Origin: Patellaria atrata CBS 101060
Taxonomy: Eukaryota
DNA: 64,000 bases
Assembly: GCA_010093705.1 (NCBI GenBank)
Contig: MU006096.1
Span: forward strand, 580,004 to 644,003
Reading direction: 5' to 3'
Under the pieces are notes generated by a model. It did no database searches and was not told the DNA's origin. It saw only the letters and a list, made by a program, of their open reading frames with translations. The translations under genes were made by a program, and so were the position numbers. Numbering within the stretch: the first letter of the stretch is position 1; each line of letters opens with the position of its first letter. Below are positions 38,030-48,896 of this stretch, piece by piece.

Positions 38030-41000
38030 ATGCTCTCCACCAGCATACACCAATACACCCCGGCGTTCAGCCATCTGCCTTCCCCTCAGATGGTCGGCCA
38101 CGAACAACATTTAACTCCTCAGCATCACCATCTTTCGACTTCAGGTTTGGATACTCTCGCTCAGGGCTCACAGTACGCGCTCCAGCAGCTCCAACAAGGT
38201 CGCCACCACCCGTTAGCGAACGGGAAGGCCTTCATCAAGCAAAGACATCATCCTTACGGCAATGGGCCCATCAACGTACCTCCGCGGCATCCTCAAGATC
38301 CAATGTCACGAGATAGGTCAGGAAGGGCAAATTCCGCTGCCGGTCCCGTCAGACGGCGAATCAGCAGAGCTTGCGATCAATGTAACCAGTTAAGGACGAA
38401 ATGTGATGGCAAAGCTCCCTGTGCTCATTGTGTGGGTAAGTTTCGACGAATTCTGACCTGAAATCTCGCGGCGTTCGTAATCATTGACATCATAATTGCA
38501 GAATTTGGTCTTACCTGTGAATACGTAAGAGAAAGGAAAAAGCGTGGTAAAGCTTCCCGGAAAGACATCGCACAACAGCAAGCAGCTCAAGCGGCCGCAG
38601 CAGCGGCCGCTTCGGGTACATCTGGTGATACCTCTCAGGCCAGCCCAAGATCCGGCCATGGCTTTTCTTCCGAGGAACCAAACCTTTCGGAAGGTGGTAA
38701 TAGGCAGTCTACTCCATCTGACATTAAGAGATCGCTCAGCCGGAATGATACGGCAGCACCCGGACTACCACCACCTCCACGGTCTGCCAGTATGAGCAGT
38801 GCTCAGCCCATGAACGGAAATGGCATGTACGGTGGAGTTAATCCAATGTCTCGCACCATGAGTCTTAATAACATAGACGAAATCACTGAAAATGGCCGTC
38901 ATTTGCAAATACAAACTCATCATGAACAGGTAATAGATCCTAGCCTCACGACTCCACGGATGGCTCCAAATGGAGTTCACGAGAGAGGAATGTCCATGGT
39001 TGGTATGGATCAATACACCCCTGTAGACGAATATCAGCGACCAGTCATGCAACATCCGGCGAATGGTGAACACCATGGTATGCACAACGGCCACAACGTC
39101 TTACCTCACCCTATGCTTCATACCCAAAATATGCAGCAGTTTGCCGACAGTTCATACGCGATGATTAGTCCGCATACTCAACAACCACCTCCTTCAGCAT
39201 TCCGATTATCGACTGGAGAGAGCCCTATGTCTGGATTTTTAGCATCATCCCCAGTTACGGGATCTCCAGGTGGTTGGCTTTCCCTTCCGTCTCCAGGAGC
39301 TGCTCTTTACGCCCATGCACCTCAGATGAGTCCTGCTCAGTCACTACGTTACCCCGTTCTTCAACCATTACTTCCTCACCTTGTTAATATCATTCCGCCG
39401 CAACTTGCGTGCGACCTCCTTGAGCTATACTTCCAAAGCTCCTCTTCTGCTTTCATGCAACCCCTATCCCCATATGTTCTTGGATTCGTTTTCCGCAAAC
39501 GGTCTTTCCTTCGTCAAAACAGACCGAGAGTTTGCAGTCCTGCGTTATTAGCAAGCATGCTTTGGATAGGAGCCCAAACAAGCGAATCTCCTTATTTGAC
39601 TTCTCCTCCCTCGGCCAGAGGCAAGATCTGTCAAAAGCTTATGGAATTGAGTGTTGGTCTTCTGAAACCCCTGATTCATACTCCATCAAGTCGGGATGGA
39701 TCTCCGCACCGCGGAAGTACCGTTATCAATGGAGTCGCCCTCGGCGGTTTTGGAGTTGGCATACCTACCGGTCCGCAAGAAGGGGAGAGTGGCAGCCCAG
39801 GTGCTACAGGAGGTTTGGATGATGTTGCTACTTATATGCATCTAGCCATTGTCTTTTCGGCCAGTGAATATAAGGCGGCAAGCTTGCGTTGGTGGAACGC
39901 CGCATGGTCCCTCGCTAGGGAATTGAAACTTGGAAAAGAATTACCCCCAAGTCCCTCTACTACCACCAGAGAAGGGGGCCAGGAAGAAGATGCAGATGCA
40001 GAAGGCGATGTCGATATCGATATGGGAATGAACGGTGGCCAGCAACATGGCCAAAATATCAACGGCAACGGTACGAACGAGACTTCCCCGCAAACGCCGG
40101 GAGTTGTCACCGAGGAAGAAAGGGAGGAAAGACGCCGGATTTGGTGGCTACTTTACACAATGGATCGTCATCTCGCCTTGTGCTACAATAAGCCCCTCTT
40201 CTTGTTGGACGTGGAATGTGAAGGGTTGTTACAGCCCATTGACGATACGGTATGGCAATCTGGCGAGTTTTATTCCGGGGCATCCGCTCAATCGTATTCA
40301 GACACAACTTCCCCATATTATCGACGACGAGGGCCATCTTTCGAATGTACTGGACACAGCATATTTGGATACTTTCTGCCTTTGATGACCATCTTAGGCG
40401 AGATTGTTGATCTTAATCATGCCAGAAACCACCCCCGATTCGGCCTCCGCTTCCGTAGCGGTAGCGACTGTGACGAGCATGCTGCTGAGATTGCACAGCA
40501 ATTAGAAGCTTACGGACGAAGTCTTCAGGAGTTTGAAACTCGTTGGATGGCAAACCTTACCGAAAGCGCAGAAAACATCGATAACAATCACCACGAAGTC
40601 GGAACTCCCTCAGTTCGATCAGTCAGTACCTCTGGGACGCGTATAAACGAATCTAGGTTGCAAACAAAAATCATCGTCGCGTACGGAACCCACGTTATGC
40701 ATACTTTGCATATACTTCTCAATGGTAAATGGGATCCGATCTCGCTGCTTGATGACAACGATCTTTGGATTTCTTCGCAGTCTTTCGTCAATGCAACAGC
40801 ACATGCAGTTTCCGCAGCCGAAGCCGTTAGCGATATCCTCGAATACGATCCTGATCTCAGTTGCATGCCATTTTTCTTTGGTATTTATCTACTTCAAGGT
40901 AGCTTTCTGCTACTACTCATTGCAGATAAGCTGCAAGGCGATGCAAGCCCAAATGTTGTCAAAGCTTGCGAGACAATAGTTAGAGCGCATGAAGTTTGCG

Positions 41001-41222
41001 TCGTTACGCTGAACACAGAATATCAGGTCAGTATCACTCTATCATTCCACGATTATTCAGTCTCTGACTGCATTACAGCGCAATTTCCGTAAAGTCATGC
41101 GCTCAGCTCTCGCGCAAGTCAGAGGTCGGCTTCTAGAAGATTTCGGTGAACAGCAAGCGCGCAGGCGAGAAGTTCTATCCCTGTACAGATGGACAGGCGA
41201 TGGAACTGGTCTCGCACTGTAA
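38030..41222 (+). CDS. xlnR: Xylanolytic transcriptional activator XlnR/Xyr1 (Zn2Cys6)
   Basis: '[46 protein letters not shown]' (intron 38436-38501), '[11 protein letters not shown]', '[17 protein letters not shown]', C-terminus '[13 protein letters not shown]' after intron ~41027-41078. An in-frame upstream ATG exists at 37883. Confidence 0.96.
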
Positions 41223-44200
41223 AAAGTCCTAAAAGTCAACGTCTAATGCATGCACATACCAGGTTCAGCACTTCATTTCTTCGCTGTATTTATTTATTTA
41301 TTTTTCTATTTTTACACTTCATATCGCTCGCTCATAGATATGAAAGAGCTTGGGCTCTTGGTCGGAAAACTTGTTCTTTCAAAATGATTACTACTTATAC
41401 CCCTGTCATCTGGCTTTCGGAACAGTCGCTTTTGGGGAGTTTACCTGTCAAGGGTGATGTTGTACGTATGAAGTATGGCGTTTACTATCGTTGGGAGCCT
41501 GTCTATTACATTGGGCTAGAACACTTGTACTGTACCTCTATAGCAAGCAGATACACAAAAGATACATGCAACTTTTTTCAAATTTCAGTACGCTTCTGGA
41601 ATTGCGAGCCGTCGTAGCGTCGCATCCATCATTTCCCCTTTTCTTTCATCATTTCATGTCTCGGTGCGCCATCGGGAGCCCCTGGCAAAATTCATATACG
41701 GAGACAGAAACAGGCCCGGATGCCTTATAATCAGCTCTTCGAATCCAGGACTGACAAGATCTCTACCCCGGATTTCCAGGCTTTCGATAATTCAACGGCA
41801 TCCCTAGTTTTGAGTCCGCCAGGTGTTCCCGTCCCCTCCGCCGGGCTACTAGGGACGATGCATACAAGAGGCCTATAGTTGGGGGATCATAAGAGTGGAA
41901 TGTGCCCAATGAATGCTGTCTCTAGAAGGCGGACTAGATTGTGGGGTGCTGCAATAGTAACGTTCTGTGGGGTATATCAGCTACCTTTCTAGGGATATGG
42001 TGAGGCAATAGCGGCGACGGGTTATAGGTGTAAGTCGTCAGGACTCCTTGCGGGGCAACCATAAGCGGCTTGAAAAGAATTCCCAAACCATGCTAGGGCC
42101 GAAGATGAAGCTGCTGGTCGTATGCATAAAGAAGCCGTCTTATGCGTCATGGAATGCATGGAGGTTTGTAGGGATGGTCACAACAGCGCAGATCAGCAGG
42201 GTACAGATGTCGAATGAGTCGTGAGGATGGTGAGACAGATGGCAGCGACCAGTTTGAAGAAGGCAAGCTTCTGGAAAACTGTAAGGGCCTTGTTCCTGGC
42301 ATGGATCGGAATTAGTTGATTGAATGCGCAGAAAGAAAGGACGGCAGACTTGTTCAGAGGGAGCCAGCCATTTGAAGTCAACGTTGATTCAGGCTAATAT
42401 CGATATGACGAGACAAGAAGGGGACAGGGTGTGCACGTTCTTCGCGCGTGGCATTTAGCCTGAACTACACTCAATGCCGAACTTTCATTGGGGATGTTTC
42501 GGCACTAGCGGCTCCGCGGCGCATGTAATCGTACTGTAATTTTCTGATGCGTCAAAACCTGGTGGAGGTACTGAGTGTGACGATTGACGAATTTTGTCAA
42601 CCCTTGGCCTTGGTCACCAGCCCTTCCCACTTTCGTACACCATCCCCTCCTTGTTTTCTCAACTTTCCTTCGTTCGGATCATAGGAGATCTGGGGATCTT
42701 CTGGGCATGGTTTCAGGTCACCTTCTGGGGTTCTTCTGGACGCGTTCTTCGAGATCTGCAGATTCTGCACGCAACAAGATATCGAGGAGGGGCAGCAACC
42801 CTGGGATACACCTTGCCTACACTGTTATGTCTTTATCAGATATGCAAGAAGGGTGTGTGCCATCATTAATCGAATATTCTATGCAAATGCAAATTATGCA
42901 ATGCCTCTTCCTGGTGTTGAGGTCTTGATGTACCCTTTTCTTCTATGCAGTAAGTACTCTCCTGGATTGTGAGCACAATTTACATGCGCATCAAACAGAG
43001 CTCCCTTAGAACTAGGCACTCGTCTTAAGCTGTTACGCTAAGAAATGTCAAGTGCCAATTGATTCGTGTCCAAGTGTCACAATGTCACTTTGTGACAGGA
43101 TCGTGACCTTCTAGACGCAAGGGTCGTCGGGCGCCCTACAGCACATAAAGGTATCACGACGTTGAAGGAGGTCGGAGAATACCGCAACGCTCACATTAAA
43201 CTACACCTCTATGCGGCCCATCCACACGCCCAAATAATATATATTATACAATCACCTCAATTCAGCTCTAGTTTCAAGGACCAGGAAACTAATCTGTCAC
43301 GATGATCAAGAAAATTGAGGAATAGGGCAGAAATTTGAGTTTCATGCTTGCGGTCACCAGCGTTGTTCACGACTCAGGATCAACACCGCCAGATCTACAT
43401 CAGAAAACGTGAAGGACCAGCATTAATATAGGTAGAAGAACCGTTATGAACCGCTTCGTAAAAGCCTAAAAGCCACGCACATGGCGCAATCCGGTCCTCG
43501 AGCTAGAAGAATCAAAGTTTCGATGATATTCATTGATACTACTGTTTCCATCCATAGGGCAGCCCTGAAGATATTTTTGCGGTCCTGATGTTGAGATCAA
43601 CGAATTTCACCACTTGTCTGGTCGTTGCACGTCTAGGTTGTTGTGAGTACTACGTGGAAAGGGGCATTTGACTTTAGCTATACGCGAGAAATGATCCGTA
43701 TGGCCGAACGAGTAACTGTACAGTACAGTACAAGTACAAATGGCCAAACCGTAAGGTACAAGGTTATGATATATAGATACTGTACATGATGAGCACATCG
43801 GTCGACCAGTGCCAAGTGTGACAAAGGAGGTGACGGTCGCTGAGTTCCGAAACGTGTTAGCTAAAGATACTAAAACATACTGGGTCTAACGGCGCACGTG
43901 CTGTGTCGTCCACTAGACCAGAGCCGATCCCGGTCTCTTAGATCCGGGTTGCCCAAATCATCATCTTGATTCTTGTCGTCTCCGGTCACAGGGGATTCGC
44001 ATCAAAATCCACCACTTTCATCAAGATCATCGACATACAACAAATGAAAACAAAATTATTCTGGAAAATCCTTCCTGCGCCCTATCAGGTATGTCAAGTA
44101 GTAGATTTACTATACGAACTATAGGATCTCTAAGAAAAATGTGGACGGGCCGAAGATCGGCTACTCCAATTATGTCATCGATCTCCTATCCCACCTTCAA

Positions 44201-47200
44201 CACCAATCCATATCTCACCGACAACTCGGAAACCATCCAAATCTCGAGAATTTCTAGATCGAGATGAGTCTCTTTGATTCAACCGCTTCCTAAGGCTCGT
44301 GATCGTCAATCTGGCCTCAATCCTATCATCCTTAACTACGATTCTACGAGCCGTATGTGCCGGGTTTCGAGCGAACCAAACAAACCGTAACCTGACGGTA
44401 TACAGAACATCTCACTATGTCTAATTAGCTCTACAAAGATCTAACTCAGTTGACACAGTCACGGAACGATCAAAGTCTTCCCTGGTGTAAAACAATTCTC
44501 TCTAAGAGCCCTAGGATTTTCGTACTACTGCATCACAACGTGCGATACTGTTATCCACTCCATCGTCCACTACTAGGACTTGAGGCAATAATGTCTGTCT
44601 AGAACTACCATAGACCTGCACTCGACATTGTGATAGACATTCTCGTTACCGCTTTATCAATATTGCTGCCGACTTATCGATAAATCAACGCATGCGTTCT
44701 AAATCCCCGTAAAATATCTCGTGCAATCGCACTCTCCCCTGTTGATCCTTCCAAACGATCGGTCAGAAATCCCCTGCAAATTCTTGAACGATGCTCTCCG
44801 AACTCGATCGACGAGAAAGGTGAATAGATACGAGCTTAACAGATTTCCCTCTTCCCGCCGGTGACCCGAAACACGGCATTGTTTTTCCAGTTGAAAAAAT
44901 TGTCAATGGTGTGAAGATGCAGTCCGTGTTTGAAGCGTATTGGTCGCAGCATCTCGACCTAGACCTCTGAACTCTTTCTTACCCACCTGTTCCCCCTTTG
45001 GCTAAATCTCCAAGCTCGCTTCCTTCAATGCCTTGGTCCTGCACGCGTAGACTGATGGCTGCGCACCGTGGTCTCACCTCTGAGCATGTGGAACCTATCA
45101 GCTGCCCTCTCTGATCATACGAGAGGTATCCTTCCAGACCTAGAGACCTGAACTGCTCTTTTCAGCACGGCCAATCCAAGTCGAGTCGGACCAGCTGGGG
45201 TTCTGGATACAGGACGCACGAAGCCTGCGTGTTGAAAGTCAATTCTGTGGGTCCGGTCTGTCCAATATTTTATACCTGGGATCAGCAGATGACCCATCTG
45301 GGAGTTCGGCGATGGCGTGAGAAGCTTCAACAAAAAATTTACTTTACCTCGAATCGACATACCGGTATAGTGGCGACTACGATTCCTTGATTCGTCGATG
45401 CTCCTCGGACACGGTAGCGCCTTCAGTGCCACCCGAACTCGACAACTGTCTCAGCTTTGTTCGCTTGTAATAGCTTCGCTGGGTTTCAATCAGTAAAATT
45501 CATAAACGGACCGAAATCTACAAGTAACCACCAAATGTTTTCCCCGATAGCAAGACCTACTCAATGTTTCAAGAGCTGACAATTCTCCAGAGGATTGATG
45601 TCCAACGTAATACGGTATCTTTGCACGTTGATATCCACAGACACGGGATACGTCCATGTTGTGCCATAAAGTATATATTTTCATGGAGAGGATCGAAAAC
45701 CCGCATCAACTGTTTCACTTAGACCCATAAACAACTGGAGTTAGTTTCCAAGCACCAGGCGCGTGGTATCTCGATAGCATCATCCCTCAGCGCTTATACT
45801 GAGCAACTGGGATTCGCCTTAGCAATTTCCCTCTCCTAATGAAATTTTGCATTTCCTCTCATACTGTACGTTTGCTGGGAAGCACGCACACAATCCTTGT
45901 AAGAACTCCTGGATACAATGATATCAAAAATATCTTCGTACAGTAAATCAGAATAGTATGAGTGAAGAAGACTTGATAGGTATACGGAATGTGGTCTGTT
46001 CTATGGTCAACTTAAGAGCATGTTGTCTAAGTAGAGGCGTATGACACTGTTGTGCATAGTCATAGCAGTGGTAGTTCTACAAATTACAGTTCGAAATTAA
46101 AGTACTTAATTTACTATCCCCTCATTCAATAATGTTGAGACTCGTTGCTCTGTGTTTCTTGTAGACCTAGCGGTCCACCAATACGTACGAGTTTATGATG
46201 ACCTCTACATCGTTGACGTACTTGAGGAGTTTATATAGCTGTTACTCCTTATCCATAGTTTGGTCGTGTTGTACAGTTTGATAGTTCAGCTCACTCAGAC
46301 TTTCTTGTACGTCCACTTATAACGTACAGTCGCGAGATTTTCACATTCCACTCCTCCTATACGCCTAGATTCTCCTGGTTAGTTGATCTCCCACGCATTA
46401 CACTCTCCTGTCCTGTAATCGTATCAAGAAACCCTGCAGTCTTTAGATATTCTTATTATCTTGTACGCTCTCCTGTCATTCCCTTTTCCCACAGCCACCT
46501 TCACTCTTTCCGCTTTCGTGAATGTCCTGCTTACGAGACGGCACCTTGGATCAAGATTCCTCTAACTACGGGCTGAGATGAGGCCTCAAGTCTCGCACTT
46601 CATAAGGTACTTACAGATCGGACGACGTCAAAACTACGTCCATCCCAAGGGTGGTGGGTGGGATGCGGTAGGGAGTTCTATCCAGCAACAGAATCAACAT
46701 CCCCATTCCCGCCCCCCAGCGAAACCTCTCGATACTTTTACACGCGAACGATCGATACGTAAGACATCGACCGCACACGCCCGCAAATCCTACAGAGGCC
46801 CATATCCTAGTTTACCTAACAGATAAACAGGCCCATACTTAAGGTACATGTTGAGCCTATCTGTAAGGTAGCAAGCTATATCTCTCCGCCAACTCATCAG
46901 GTCCTCGGACTACGGGGGTGCTGTGTCTTATCCAGTCTCTAGCATTGTAAACCCAGATCGGATGGTGGTGAGGTAGACTTCCGAGAGTCTGGTTACAGTA
47001 ACGCCGCAGCCGGGCTACCTTCCCGCGTCTTGGACTGCTGCTTCTCGGTTCATGGAGCGTCTCTTAGCAGGCGAGGTGCTTGAGGCGGTGGAGAGATGGG
47101 TTAGGCCGATGTGGTGCGGATTGGTCACGGACTTTTGGGTGGGTTCGGGGCTTCTTGCGTACTGTCAGTAGTTCCAGATGTTTTCGTGTGCGATCGCATT

Positions 47201-47205
47201 TGGTT

Positions 47206-47289
47206 GTACTATCAGGTTTTCTCGTACTATCAGGTTTTCTCGTACTATCAGGTTTTCTCGTACTATCAGGTTTTCTCGTACTATCAGGT
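47206..47289. repeat. 18-bp minisatellite, unit GTACTATCAGGTTTTCTC (~4.7 copies, runs into the gap)
   Basis: Perfect tandem copies read directly from the sequence. Confidence 0.95.
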
Positions 47290-48074
47290 NNNNNNNNNNN
47301 NNNNNNNNNNNNNNNNNNNNNNNNNNNNNNNNNNNNNNNNNNNNNNNNNNNNNNNNNNNNNNNNNNNNNNNNNNNNNNNNNNNNNNNNNNNNNNNNNNNN
47401 NNNNNNNNNNNNNNNNNNNNNNNNNNNNNNNNNNNNNNNNNNNNNNNNNNNNNNNNNNNNNNNNNNNNNNNNNNNNNNNNNNNNNNNNNNNNNNNNNNNN
47501 NNNNNNNNNNNNNNNNNNNNNNNNNNNNNNNNNNNNNNNNNNNNNNNNNNNNNNNNNNNNNNNNNNNNNNNNNNNNNNNNNNNNNNNNNNNNNNNNNNNN
47601 NNNNNNNNNNNNNNNNNNNNNNNNNNNNNNNNNNNNNNNNNNNNNNNNNNNNNNNNNNNNNNNNNNNNNNNNNNNNNNNNNNNNNNNNNNNNNNNNNNNN
47701 NNNNNNNNNNNNNNNNNNNNNNNNNNNNNNNNNNNNNNNNNNNNNNNNNNNNNNNNNNNNNNNNNNNNNNNNNNNNNNNNNNNNNNNNNNNNNNNNNNNN
47801 NNNNNNNNNNNNNNNNNNNNNNNNNNNNNNNNNNNNNNNNNNNNNNNNNNNNNNNNNNNNNNNNNNNNNNNNNNNNNNNNNNNNNNNNNNNNNNNNNNNN
47901 NNNNNNNNNNNNNNNNNNNNNNNNNNNNNNNNNNNNNNNNNNNNNNNNNNNNNNNNNNNNNNNNNNNNNNNNNNNNNNNNNNNNNNNNNNNNNNNNNNNN
48001 NNNNNNNNNNNNNNNNNNNNNNNNNNNNNNNNNNNNNNNNNNNNNNNNNNNNNNNNNNNNNNNNNNNNNNNNNN
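47290..48074. other. Assembly gap (785 N) flanked by minisatellites
   Basis: Run of N. Confidence 1.
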
Positions 48075-48260
48075 TACGGTTCTTTCCTATTGTACGGTTC
48101 TTTCCTATTGTACGGTTCTTTCCTATTGTACGGTTCTTTCCTATTGTACGGTTCTTTCCTATTGTACGGTTCTTCCCTATTGTACGGTTCTTTCCTATAC
48201 CCTTCCTTCCATCTGAACAGTTCCTTCCTATCGTACGGTTCCTTCCACCTGTAACCCCCC
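48075..48260. repeat. 18-bp minisatellite, unit TACGGTTCTTTCCTATTG (~7 copies, then degenerate)
   Basis: Tandem copies 48075-48198, one with a single substitution, followed by degenerate copies. Confidence 0.95.
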
Positions 48261-48896
48261 TTCCATCTGTACCTGCCCTTCCAGTTAACACAGTTTCTAC
48301 ACAGTTTCTACACAGTTTCCTCCCTCTTATACGGTCCCCGTCCTTCCTTCCTGTCCGACATCCCCAGTACACACCTCGGTCTCTACGACCCGTACCGTAA
48401 AGTTCACTCTTCAACTAGCTTGCTTACCTTACCTGCCCTATACAAGGAGTCCAGTCGACCAAGCTGGCCCGTACCCTCGCACGATCCAACCCGTGCCGCA
48501 CCCCAAGGAAACGGACGGGATCCTCAATGTACTGAAGAGACGACACAGCACACCACCTCGAATCACCGTTTCTCCCGGAAGGGAAAGGGGCGTACGATAT
48601 ATTCAACTCAAACTCTCCACTGAGATTTAAAATGTCAGTCGTAGGATATATAATCTCATTCATACCCCCCTTCCCCCGCCCAAACCCCCCCCCCCCCCCA
48701 AAAAAAAAAGAAAAATAAAAATTTCCTGATATACCGCAGCCCAAACTCCCATCCCAACCCATCTTTATCCCCTAGATATCTATTTGCTTCAAACCCCCTT
48801 ATCCCCCTTAAAGACCTAAAAAAAAAATCGTATATAAATTACCCGCATGATACATCCAACCAAAACATCATCACAATTCCAACCACTCCAGATCAT

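Noticed and set aside
46133..46328. Solo LTR (TGTTGAGA ... TATATA ... ACA)
   Set aside because: No target-site duplication, no clean terminal inverted repeat and no second copy in the window.
47206..48260. CRISPR-like array
   Set aside because: Head-to-tail tandem units with no spacers in a eukaryotic genome; this is a minisatellite.
47080..48414. Long ORFs of 358-429 aa in the ORF track
   Set aside because: They are artefacts of translating through 785 N and stop-free repeats.
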